Shown one piece after another: positions 40,501 to 49,980 of a stretch of 64,000 nt of DNA. A program made the translations under genes and the position numbers. The DNA comes from a virus (Duplodnaviria; Caudoviricetes). The stretch lies in the IMG/VR virus record IMGVR_UViG_3300029305_011823; one strand, given 5' to 3'. The notes under the pieces are model-generated. The model did not search any database and was not told where the DNA came from. It saw only the letters and a list, made by a program, of their open reading frames with translations. Every line of letters begins with the position of its first letter. Positions within the stretch are counted from its first letter, which is position 1.

Positions 40501-43500
40501 GAAAGTAAAAACGGTGATTTACCTACATTAATGAGATTCGGTCATAATGGAGATTCTACAGACGACCAAGCTACATACACTGGTCCAGCAACAGCATTAT
40601 TAAAAGTATTTGCTGCCAATACTAGTGAGTTAACAACTGGAGAAAGAATGTTTAGATATTGTAAAAGAGTTGAGGAAATACGCTGTTCAAATTGGAATAC
40701 TTCTAATATGACAGATATGGGTTCTATGTTCGCTACGGCTAGTGATTATTTAACAGAATTAGATGTAAGTAATTTAGATGTTAGTAATGTACATAATATA
40801 TCAACTATGTTCTGGGGTTGTTTTAAATTAACTTCATTAGATGTAAGTAACTGGGATACTAGTAATGTAATTAATATGTACGGTGTGTTTACTGCCGCAT
40901 ATAATTTAAATAATATAATTGGTATTGAAGACTGGGATACTAGTAGCGTAAAGGTTATGAATTATATGTTTTCTTATTGCTATATTCTACAATCATTGGA
41001 CTTATCTAAATGGAATGTTAATAATGTGACTAATATGGAAATGATGTTCTATGATTGTACTTCATTAGAATTGTTAAACTTAAGTAATTGGGATATGAGT
41101 CAAGTGATTTATATGAATAATATGATAAATAATTGCAATGAATTGAACTCAATAATAATGTATAATTCAAATGCTGTTTCAATCAATATTATTATAAATC
41201 AATTACCTACTAGAACAGAAGCTAGTAAAGGTGCTTTAGTTATAGCAGGTGTAGATGATAGAACTTTAGTAAATATAAATGTTGCTGAATCTAAGTTCTG
41301 GATTGTTAAATCTAGATTAGTAGCTAAATATAAATTTAATAAAAGTATATATGATAATTTAATACCTAATATGGGAACTGACTTCACTTCTTATACTGTT
41401 ATCGACAAAGTAAATCCATATAATGTAAATCATATAACAAGAATGCTTGTTAGTGATTTCGCTCCTCAGATAATGAAATTTGGTACTGATGGCGATGATT
41501 ATACTAAAGCTAAAGCTAAAGCTTTAATGGAAGTAATACATGTTCATATGGATAACTTAAGATGGTGCTATAACATGTTTAGAGGATGCCAATATGCTAC
41601 AGCTATAAATATGAAAAATGTTAATACTGATTTAATGACTAATATGTCATGTATGTTCTCTATGTGTTATAACATAACAACGCTAGATGTAAGTAGTTTT
41701 AATACAAGTCAAATAACTGATATGCAATATGTATTTGACGATTGTAATAAATTAACTGAAATAAAAGGGCTTGAAAATTGGGATGTTAGTAATGTAACTA
41801 ATTTCCGTGCTATGTTTGAAAATTGTCGAGTGTTAACTTCACTTTCTGACATATATGATTGGAATGTAGGTAAGGCTGAAAGTATGACTTTAATGTTCCA
41901 AAATTGTTATAAATTAACTTCGTTAGATTTAAATAATTGGGATACTGGTAACGTAACTACTATGGATAATATGTTCTGTGACTGTAATAAATTAACTTCA
42001 TTAGATGTAAGTAATTTTGATACTAGTAAAGTAACTAGAATGGACCATATGTTTGAAAAATGTCAATCACTAACTTCATTAGATGTAAGTAATTTTAATA
42101 CTATTAATGTAACTAAAATGAATAGTATGTTCGTTAACTGTAATAAATTAACTTCATTAGATGTAAGTGGTTTTAATACTAGTAAAGTAACTGATATGGA
42201 ATACATGTTCCAATATTGTGAATCATTAACTTCATTAGATGTAAGTAATTTTGATACTAGTAATGTAATTACTATGGCTTGTATGTTCATGTTTTGTTAC
42301 TCATTAACTTCATTAGATGTACGTAATTGGGATACTAGTAATGTAACAAATATGGGAAGAGTATTTGAAGCATGTGGTCAATTAGTAAATTTAGATATAA
42401 GTAGATGGAATACTGGTAATGTGACTAATATGGTAAGTTTATTTGCTAATTGTTATAAATTAACTTCATTAGATGTAAGTAATTTTAATACTAGTAAAGT
42501 AACTAATATGAGTAGTATGTTCGAAGATGCTGGAAGTACTAATAACAATAATGGATTATCTGTATTAAATTTATCTAATTTTAATTTTAGTAAAGTTACT
42601 AATGCAATGTGGATGTTAAATGGAACTGATGGACAATTAAAAATAAAAGAACTTAATTTAAATAATTTAGATTTAGCTACCATTTCGGATATACGTGACT
42701 TTATAGATAGTGACTATTCTAATAGTATACAAAATCCAAGAATAATATCTAATAACTTAAACACTATTAATTTATTGGCTGATATGTTACCAAATAGAAG
42801 TACAATAACTACATCAGGACAAATAGTAACTACAATAAGAGACCAAATAGATGAAGAAACTATGGCTGCTTTAACTGCTAAAAACTGGATTGTTAAGGGT
42901 TCAGTTGCTCAATATGTATACGATGCGAACACTTACGAAGACTTAATACCTGAGTTCAACCCTGAGTTTACTGAGGATATGTATGAGGTTCATGATAGTG
43001 TTAGTGAGATTGTTATTGATGATATACAATGGGAACCAGGTGGTATATCAGAAACTGCTGGTACTGATCATAATGGTATAAATGAAGAGTATCCTGATAG
43101 AGTTAGAAGTGGATATTTAACAGTTATACCAAATATAGAATATAAATTCAACGTTCCTTATGTACATGTATATTGGTATAATGAAAATAAACAGTTTATT
43201 TCTTATGATGGTATGTATGGTACAAATGGCGGTACTACTATGAAAGGGAATTCGTGTGTGGCTCCAATAAAGGCTAAATACTTAAGAATAGGTAGAGGTG
43301 CAGGTCCTTATACTATGTCTATTACAGCTAAGCTAGTAACTAGAAGTATAGAAAGTAAAAATGGCGATTTACCAACATTAATGAGATTTGGCACAGATTC
43401 TTGGGATATTGTCACAGATAAAAGTAAATCATTGTTAAAAATTGTGGATTTAAGTTCTAATAGTTTAATTATAATGACATATATGTTTAATAAATGTATA

Positions 43501-46500
43501 CGATTAACAAATGTTAATACTACTAACTGGGATGTTAGTAATGTAACTTATATGTATAGTATGTTCTTTGGTTGTACTAATTTAACTTCATTAGATGTAA
43601 GTAATTGGGATACTAGTAATGTAACTAATATGGGTGATTTGTTTACCGCTTGTCAATCATTAAAATCATTAGATGTAAGTGGATGGGATACTAGTAAAGT
43701 AACTAATATGTATCAAATGTTCGGTGATTGTATTAATTTAACTTCATTAGATGTAAGTAATTTTGATACTAGTGAAGTAACTAGTATGAATCATATGTTC
43801 AATAATTGTAAATCATTAACTTCATTAGATGTAAGTAATTTTGATACTAGTAAAATAACTAATATGGCTTATATGTTCTATAATTGCACTAGTTTAACTT
43901 CATTAGATTTAAGTAATTTTAATACTAGTAATGTAACTGTTATGAATCATATGTTCGCTGAGTGTAAAAAATTAACTTCATTAGATGTAAGTAATTTTAA
44001 TACTAGTAATGTAACTGATATGGGTTGTATGTTTAAAGAATGTAATGCATTAACAACAGTAGGAAATTTAAGTAATTGGAATACTGCTAGTGTTTCATAT
44101 ATGAACTATATGTTCTATGATTGTAGAAAATTAGCATCATTGGAAGGAATAGGTGGCTGGAATACTGCTAAAGTACTTGGAACGTTCGGTATGTTCTATC
44201 AATGTGCTGTAATAACTTCATTAGATGTGGCTGGATGGAATACTAGTAATATAAACACTATGGGAGCCATGTTCCAAGGTTGTAGTAGTTTATCATCATT
44301 AGACGTAAGTCATTGGAATGTTGCCAAAGTAGAGAATATGAATGGATTATTCCATGCTTGTAAAGCATTAACAACATTAGACGTAAGTAAATGGAATACT
44401 GCGAGATTAAATAAAATTAGTAGAGAACCTGGTGAGTTTAATGAACATATTTCTATATTCAGTGATTGTATTAATTTAACTTCATTGGATTTAAGTAATT
44501 GGAATATGAGTAATGTAACTAATACGAGATATATGTTCTATAATTGTAATAATTTAACTTCATTAGATGTAAGTAAATGGGATGTTAGTAAAGTAACTGA
44601 TATGGCTCAAATGTTCAGTGAATGTAAATTATTAACTTCATTAGATGTAAGTAAATGGGATGTTAGTAAAGTAACTGATATGAATAATATGTTCTATAAT
44701 TGTCAATCATTAACTTCATTAGATGTTCTTGAATGGGATACTAGTAGTTTAAGAGATATAACTAGTTTATTCTATGCATGTTCTAATTTAAAATCATTAG
44801 ATGTAAGTCATTGGAATGTTGATAATTGTGGTTCAGTTTTAGGGGATATAACTTATAGTATGCGTAATACATTTAATGATACTGGATTAAGAGTATTAAA
44901 TCTTAGTAAATGGTCTAAAATAGAATGGTTATATGATACATTAGAAGATGGAAGAATATGTAATAACTTTATAAATAGTACAGTGTTAAAAACTATAGAT
45001 TTCGGTAACTGTGTAATTCCATATTATCCAGTTAATTGGCTAAAAGCACCTAATTTAAGATATATTAAATGTGATAACGGAAATTCTGTTTCTAACTTAA
45101 TTGAACAAGTTCCTACTAGAACAGAGGCTGAGCCAGGATATATAATTACAACTGCTGAGATAAGCGATGACCATAAAGGTCTATTTAATGCTAAATATTG
45201 GAATATAGTTAAATTAGACGAAGTAGGAACAGATATTGCTATTTATAAATTCAATAAGAGTGTTTATAAATCATTAGTTCCTGTGTTTGATAATAACTTC
45301 GCAGATTGGTTTATGGACGACGTGGTAGAAGATGAAGTGAATGCTCCTAATATAGTTACTAGAACTATAAGAAGTATGGGAGGATTACCTACTAAAATGA
45401 TATTTGGTGTTAGTTCATCTTTAGGAGCATATGAAGATAGAAGTCTTTCATTACTAGAAGTACATAAACTTAATACGTCTAATATTACAACTATGGGTCA
45501 AATGTTTAAAAGATGTACTGGTGTAACTATGATAAATACTGCTGATTGGGATGTGTCTAATGTTACTAATATGAATGAATTGTTCTTTGAATGTGCTAAA
45601 ATAACTTCATTAGATGTAAGTAACTGGGATACACGTAAAGTAAATAATATGAGTAGTATATTTATACATTGCTTCAAATTACAAAATATAATAGGTTTAA
45701 ATAATTGGAATACTAGCAATGCACAAACTATGCAATGGATGTTCCAAGATTGTCAATCGTTAAAATCAATAGATGTAAGTAATTGGGATACTCGTAAAGT
45801 AAATAATATGGGTAGTATGTTTAGATATGCTATATCATTAGAATCATTAGATTTAAGTAGTTTTGATACTAGAGCTGTAACTAGTATGAATTGTATGTTT
45901 GCGGGTATTGATTATGGTAATTATAACCCAATGTCGTTAACAAGTATAACATTTGGTGAAAATTGGAATACTAGTAATGTACAAAATTTTGCTAATATGT
46001 TCTATGGTTGTCAATCATTAACTTCATTAGATGTAAGTAAATGGGATACTAGTAAAGCAACTAATATAGCTGGTATGTTCTGGGATTGTCGATCATTAAC
46101 TTCATTAGATGTAAGTAATTTTAATACTAGTAAAGTAACTAGAACGCAAGGTACGTTTAGAAATTGTAGAGCACTAGAATATATAGATGTAAGTAAATGG
46201 AATACTAGTAAAGTAACTGATATGCAGAATATGTTCTACGGTTGTCATTCATTAATTTCATTAGATGTAAGTAATTTTGATACTAGTATTATAACAGAAT
46301 TTGATGGTATGTTTGCTTATTGTAATAAATTAAGATATTTAATTTTAGGTAATTGGGACACTAGTAATGTAAAAGATATGGGGACAATGTTTGCCAATAA
46401 TTCAGGTGTTAGAGAATTAGATTTAAGTAGTTGGACTTGTAGTGCTGTTACAAAAGGAATGGGTTATATGTTCAGAAGTTGTATAAACTTAGAATATCTT

Positions 46501-48546
46501 GATATAAGTAATATGATTATTCCTGATACTGCTGTATTAACCGACCTTTTCTTAAATATAACAAAACTTGCAAACATAGGTATGATTTACTGTGATTTCA
46601 AATCAGTAGAAAAAATAGCTTCATTAGTACCAACAACTAACCCTACAACAATATGGGTAGGAAACCACATAGACATCAACGGACTACCACAGTACGACCA
46701 CATCACGTACAAAGTGTATGAAGTCGAAGATAAGTTGGAAGTTGAGCTGTCAAGCCCACTGTTAGAAGGCGACAGACTTGAAATTATTGATGGTGACTTA
46801 TATCATTATCATAAGATGGGAATAATTACTTACGATGGTAGTGACGATGAAGCACATTGGTCATATGGTTTGATTGAAAATGGATGGGAACAAGATGAAA
46901 ATTATCATGCATTTTATAATTATTATACATATAATAAGTATTCATTGTGGGAAAAACTAATTACAAAAAATAGTATTATTTATTGTGAAAATCTTTCAAC
47001 ATACGGATATAATTATTTAAATAGTACACAAGTATCTGTAGATGGTATACGTACAGAAGGTGTTAGTATAGGCTGGCATAATGTTAATGGTTATGATTAT
47101 CATTATATGACTATAAGAATACACAAAGATAAATTAACAACAATTGATTCAGCTGGATTCAAAACATGGCTTAAAGCTAACCCAATCACAATCGTATACG
47201 AAAGAGCAAACCCTTACTATGAATTAGTAAAACCTAACGTAGGTCTTTTAAATGCAGAACAAGGACTTTATTTAAATATTTTAGATTCTGTCGTTCCTGT
47301 TGTTAATCACCAAGACCTTTGTACTTTAAAACTTAACTATTTGCTTCCTAATGTAGAATATAAAGTTAAATTTAAAGCTAATATTCCAGGTTCAATTGCT
47401 ATTAATCTAGGAGGTACTTTAGTTCCTTTAGATGTAGTAGAAGGATGGAATGAAGTAATGGTTACTACACCAGAAACTTTAGTAGATGAATACTTAAAAG
47501 TAAATGGTTCTGAAGGTATAAAAATACAAAATGTTATGGTAATAGATAGTAATAAAGACTTTGATTATTTTAAAGGTATGAATAATACGTTTGATGAAAT
47601 TCCTGTTAAGAATATATGTACTAATAGAACTTTAACATATACTCATGGAGTAGATGAAGAAGGAGTAAGTCCACAAGGGGAAATGGCTGTAAATGTCAAT
47701 AAAGGTAAAGTAGTAACAGTGGTAGGAAAAGTAAGTAATAATCCAGATAATTTACCAATAAGTATTAATTTATATAATGATACAGGTAGAGCTACTGGTA
47801 AGAACTTATTTGATGGTAAATTTATTGAAGATAAAATAATAAACACTACAGATGGTGCAGCATTACAATTAAATCATGTACGAGGGGGCTATTGTACAGA
47901 TTTTATCGAAATTGATAATACTAAACATTTAACAATAACAGGATTCTGTTGTGATGGTATTGTTTATAGTTGTATATTCATGTATGATAAAGATAAAAAA
48001 TACATCGGTCGTACGTCTGGTAATGCTGTTGGTGAAGGTTTGAGACGTATTTTACCTACAGACGGTATTGATTCCGTACCTGGAGTTGATCATACTAATA
48101 TAACTAGAAATAAATTCCCAAATAATTGTAAATATATAAGATTCTCAAATTATTTTACATCTAGTATGAATGACCAATCAACACAATATTTATTAGACAA
48201 CTCTACACAATTACAAATAGAGAGTCATAATGGAAAAACTGAATATGAGCCTTTCAGAAATTATTGTAATGATGAACCTATATTTATAAACCCTGATGAA
48301 AATGGTAACTTTGCTATACAAATAAAAGCAGATCGTGATTATGCTAATAGAATAGGATTTAATGTTGGAGATGCTTTTGCTTGTGAAGCTAATGACCAAG
48401 TAACTATAACAGACCTTATGGTATTCGAAGGAGATATTATTGACTGTCATCCTACAACTTATGTAGATCCAGCAGATACTAGATATCTTGTTGAATATAA
48501 ATCATTCGGAAATCCATTTGGTTTTGGTAAAAATAAATTAATATAA
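37597..48546 (+). CDS. giant BspA/DUF285-type LRR protein 2, 3649 aa
   Basis: Six linker+LRR modules; C-terminus paralogous to protein 1 (LSSPLLEGD, KTWLKANPITIVYE, TGKNLFD); late promoter at 37524-37535. Confidence 0.85.
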   Translation: MSIIAKYKFDKSIYENLIPEFNEGYTGYTISDEIDSENSNHVIRTISHDNMKPTLMRFGQVWQEGAVLGGARYESLLEIISLDTSALTNMHSMFRSCFNVYRINTDGWDTRNVTEMRQTFTRCYSLTSIDVSNIHVTGVLYAYFSQCINLTEIIGLDTWDTSNVTNMEHMFHNCYNLTSLDLSNWDVSNVANMFYMFSYCNNLTTIGDVSNWNTSKVTDMSQMFFNCQSLTSLDMSNWNTGKVTNVHQMFHNCHAIKSVGNIRNFITNKSTTMKGLFENCYALKDIDTSNWDVSNVDTMEYAFEECQSLTTLDLSDWNIKSTCVTVAMLTSCGVKTIYMYNSDYASVNRIIEQLPQVDNAELYIGGIDSLGSVNLSGARAKNWSVINKYKVAKYKFDKSIYENLIPEFNEGYTGYTISDEIDSENSNHVIRTILGNSLPTSMIFGVMNPNPVEDKHKCLLDVAYVNIDNIVNMHSMFRYCINLLSINTSNWNTAHVTNMHDLFHSCRSLTSLDVSNFDTSNVKNMGYMFVSCYRLTSLDVSNWDVSKVTDMNNLFYDCNKLTSLDVSNWDTSSATVMGGMFRDCNALTSLDVSNFDTSKVTDMSYMFYDCYSLTSLDVSKWDTSNLTDIEYMFNNCNRLTSLDVSNWDTRNLQKASLAFYNCKRLAVIDVSRWKMNAILSCYRMFDACSGISKVDISNWELTYSSAHLYSLCSNTNITQFEFPDRTQKVRYIHHIFNNCVNLEVINFKDWDIYASESTTSDIEKYDIFGINIDNNKTVPPIKKIISNNLSTIKILANNQALPDKTGEVEPGYIVTTLRDQIDEETLAALTAKNWVVKDLVAQYKYDANTYENLLPEFNTEFTSDKYEIHDSISEGVITYNDVTAWHEDEINLNSNLITCLSNTTYHFIKGFGTIRWYDSNKNYIDVSLFTDGAYMTSPINARYMMIVYNKENGKNSFELVSKLVTRSIESKNGDLPTLMRFGHNGDSTDDQATYTGPATALLKVFAANTSELTTGERMFRYCKRVEEIRCSNWNTSNMTDMGSMFATASDYLTELDVSNLDVSNVHNISTMFWGCFKLTSLDVSNWDTSNVINMYGVFTAAYNLNNIIGIEDWDTSSVKVMNYMFSYCYILQSLDLSKWNVNNVTNMEMMFYDCTSLELLNLSNWDMSQVIYMNNMINNCNELNSIIMYNSNAVSINIIINQLPTRTEASKGALVIAGVDDRTLVNINVAESKFWIVKSRLVAKYKFNKSIYDNLIPNMGTDFTSYTVIDKVNPYNVNHITRMLVSDFAPQIMKFGTDGDDYTKAKAKALMEVIHVHMDNLRWCYNMFRGCQYATAINMKNVNTDLMTNMSCMFSMCYNITTLDVSSFNTSQITDMQYVFDDCNKLTEIKGLENWDVSNVTNFRAMFENCRVLTSLSDIYDWNVGKAESMTLMFQNCYKLTSLDLNNWDTGNVTTMDNMFCDCNKLTSLDVSNFDTSKVTRMDHMFEKCQSLTSLDVSNFNTINVTKMNSMFVNCNKLTSLDVSGFNTSKVTDMEYMFQYCESLTSLDVSNFDTSNVITMACMFMFCYSLTSLDVRNWDTSNVTNMGRVFEACGQLVNLDISRWNTGNVTNMVSLFANCYKLTSLDVSNFNTSKVTNMSSMFEDAGSTNNNNGLSVLNLSNFNFSKVTNAMWMLNGTDGQLKIKELNLNNLDLATISDIRDFIDSDYSNSIQNPRIISNNLNTINLLADMLPNRSTITTSGQIVTTIRDQIDEETMAALTAKNWIVKGSVAQYVYDANTYEDLIPEFNPEFTEDMYEVHDSVSEIVIDDIQWEPGGISETAGTDHNGINEEYPDRVRSGYLTVIPNIEYKFNVPYVHVYWYNENKQFISYDGMYGTNGGTTMKGNSCVAPIKAKYLRIGRGAGPYTMSITAKLVTRSIESKNGDLPTLMRFGTDSWDIVTDKSKSLLKIVDLSSNSLIIMTYMFNKCIRLTNVNTTNWDVSNVTYMYSMFFGCTNLTSLDVSNWDTSNVTNMGDLFTACQSLKSLDVSGWDTSKVTNMYQMFGDCINLTSLDVSNFDTSEVTSMNHMFNNCKSLTSLDVSNFDTSKITNMAYMFYNCTSLTSLDLSNFNTSNVTVMNHMFAECKKLTSLDVSNFNTSNVTDMGCMFKECNALTTVGNLSNWNTASVSYMNYMFYDCRKLASLEGIGGWNTAKVLGTFGMFYQCAVITSLDVAGWNTSNINTMGAMFQGCSSLSSLDVSHWNVAKVENMNGLFHACKALTTLDVSKWNTARLNKISREPGEFNEHISIFSDCINLTSLDLSNWNMSNVTNTRYMFYNCNNLTSLDVSKWDVSKVTDMAQMFSECKLLTSLDVSKWDVSKVTDMNNMFYNCQSLTSLDVLEWDTSSLRDITSLFYACSNLKSLDVSHWNVDNCGSVLGDITYSMRNTFNDTGLRVLNLSKWSKIEWLYDTLEDGRICNNFINSTVLKTIDFGNCVIPYYPVNWLKAPNLRYIKCDNGNSVSNLIEQVPTRTEAEPGYIITTAEISDDHKGLFNAKYWNIVKLDEVGTDIAIYKFNKSVYKSLVPVFDNNFADWFMDDVVEDEVNAPNIVTRTIRSMGGLPTKMIFGVSSSLGAYEDRSLSLLEVHKLNTSNITTMGQMFKRCTGVTMINTADWDVSNVTNMNELFFECAKITSLDVSNWDTRKVNNMSSIFIHCFKLQNIIGLNNWNTSNAQTMQWMFQDCQSLKSIDVSNWDTRKVNNMGSMFRYAISLESLDLSSFDTRAVTSMNCMFAGIDYGNYNPMSLTSITFGENWNTSNVQNFANMFYGCQSLTSLDVSKWDTSKATNIAGMFWDCRSLTSLDVSNFNTSKVTRTQGTFRNCRALEYIDVSKWNTSKVTDMQNMFYGCHSLISLDVSNFDTSIITEFDGMFAYCNKLRYLILGNWDTSNVKDMGTMFANNSGVRELDLSSWTCSAVTKGMGYMFRSCINLEYLDISNMIIPDTAVLTDLFLNITKLANIGMIYCDFKSVEKIASLVPTTNPTTIWVGNHIDINGLPQYDHITYKVYEVEDKLEVELSSPLLEGDRLEIIDGDLYHYHKMGIITYDGSDDEAHWSYGLIENGWEQDENYHAFYNYYTYNKYSLWEKLITKNSIIYCENLSTYGYNYLNSTQVSVDGIRTEGVSIGWHNVNGYDYHYMTIRIHKDKLTTIDSAGFKTWLKANPITIVYERANPYYELVKPNVGLLNAEQGLYLNILDSVVPVVNHQDLCTLKLNYLLPNVEYKVKFKANIPGSIAINLGGTLVPLDVVEGWNEVMVTTPETLVDEYLKVNGSEGIKIQNVMVIDSNKDFDYFKGMNNTFDEIPVKNICTNRTLTYTHGVDEEGVSPQGEMAVNVNKGKVVTVVGKVSNNPDNLPISINLYNDTGRATGKNLFDGKFIEDKIINTTDGAALQLNHVRGGYCTDFIEIDNTKHLTITGFCCDGIVYSCIFMYDKDKKYIGRTSGNAVGEGLRRILPTDGIDSVPGVDHTNITRNKFPNNCKYIRFSNYFTSSMNDQSTQYLLDNSTQLQIESHNGKTEYEPFRNYCNDEPIFINPDENGNFAIQIKADRDYANRIGFNVGDAFACEANDQVTITDLMVFEGDIIDCHPTTYVDPADTRYLVEYKSFGNPFGFGKNKLI

Positions 48547-48552
48547 AACACT

Positions 48553-48581
48553 GAAGAGAAGTCAATTACAGGCTTCTCTTC
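48553..48581 (+). terminator. intrinsic terminator
   Basis: GAAGAGAAGTC/GGCTTCTCTTC followed by a T-run. Confidence 0.7.
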
Positions 48582-48651
48582 TCTTTTTATTTTCTAAAAA
48601 CAATCTTATAATGATAAAATAATCCAAATTTAAAAAGGAGTTGATTGTAAC

Positions 48652-49887
48652 ATGTCAATGGTAGATAAGGAGAAACTTGCTAGATTGGCTCATGCATTAG
48701 ATGATAGAGCTGATGAAAAAGTTGCTAATGAGGCACAAAGGGCTGCTCAAGCAGAAGCAGATATACAAGCACATAGTGATGCTACTAGAGAAATGCTTGG
48801 TGGAAAATCACTTAAATATTTAACACAAGCAGAGTATGATGTTTTATCAGAAGAAGAAAAGAAGAATGAAAATGTTATTTATTATATAACTGACCTTGAA
48901 GATAGAACTCATGATCATTATAACAAAGAAGTTTTAGATTTAATAGATGATGAGTTTATAAAAAATATAGGTAAAGGTCAATTATTAGAAATAGTTATAC
49001 CAGCAGAAGCTGGTTGGTATAGAGTAGCTTCTATGGAAGGTACTGGAGCTGGTCTTATAGACGTTCAATGTGGTCATGGTGAATATATCGTTATGATAGG
49101 ACATGGAGAAAACCATGAACCTAATATGATGCAATTAGGAATGTGTTCGTTAGGAGGACGTAGAAATAGCAAAATAAGAATGGTTCACCATAAAGAAACA
49201 GAAGAAGCTCATTTAGAACTTCATTATGAAGAAGGAGCTGAAGACATTAATGTAAAACTACAAATATTAGGTGAATCTGATTGGAGATTATCAGAACCAG
49301 TTAAAACTGAAGCTGTCGATGAAGCTTTATATCTTATAAGAGAAATGGTATTAGTTCCTGGAAAAATTGTTGGGGACTTCAGTGGTGTAATAGAACAAGC
49401 TAACAAACTAGCAGCACCTGTTCAAGTTATAATCGGTGATGTTCGTAGAGAATTTGATGGAACTGCAGATATATCTTTCTCATTAAATGAAATAGGAGCT
49501 GCTCCAAGGGAAAGTGAAGTTTTAACTACAGAAAACAAAGTGGTTATAGATGCAATAAATGAATTAGATGCTGATTTAGGAGTTGTTGAAGAAGCATTAG
49601 GTGGATATAAAATATGGGTTGGAAATACAGAACAATTAAATGCTATAGTAGAAAGAGACCCAATGACTTTATATTTTGAAATAAGTGATAGTGTAGCTTA
49701 TACTGAAATAAATCCTGAAGTAGAAGCAGCTGGTATAGCTACTACTGAAATATATGATGAAATGATACCTGCTTACGACCCAGTAGCAGAAGTAGAACAA
49801 GATGTTATATTAACATCACCTATGGGATTCAAATTTAAATTAAGAGTAGATGATTTCGGTAATCTATTCACAGAACCTGTAGAATAA
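48652..49887 (+). CDS. tail fibre-like protein
   Basis: LTQAEYDVL...YYIT, GWYRVA, ANKLAAP...FDGTADI...IGAAP, LTTENKVVIDAINEL and LTSPMGFKFKLRVDDFGNL phage fibre motifs; late promoter at 48599-48610. Confidence 0.75.
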   Translation: MSMVDKEKLARLAHALDDRADEKVANEAQRAAQAEADIQAHSDATREMLGGKSLKYLTQAEYDVLSEEEKKNENVIYYITDLEDRTHDHYNKEVLDLIDDEFIKNIGKGQLLEIVIPAEAGWYRVASMEGTGAGLIDVQCGHGEYIVMIGHGENHEPNMMQLGMCSLGGRRNSKIRMVHHKETEEAHLELHYEEGAEDINVKLQILGESDWRLSEPVKTEAVDEALYLIREMVLVPGKIVGDFSGVIEQANKLAAPVQVIIGDVRREFDGTADISFSLNEIGAAPRESEVLTTENKVVIDAINELDADLGVVEEALGGYKIWVGNTEQLNAIVERDPMTLYFEISDSVAYTEINPEVEAAGIATTEIYDEMIPAYDPVAEVEQDVILTSPMGFKFKLRVDDFGNLFTEPVE

Positions 49888-49980
49888 TAACAACAAAACA
49901 ATGAAATAATAAATTTAACATATGGAGTAAATAAATTCATTTACTCCATATTAATTATATAAAGGAGTGTGAATATTAAA

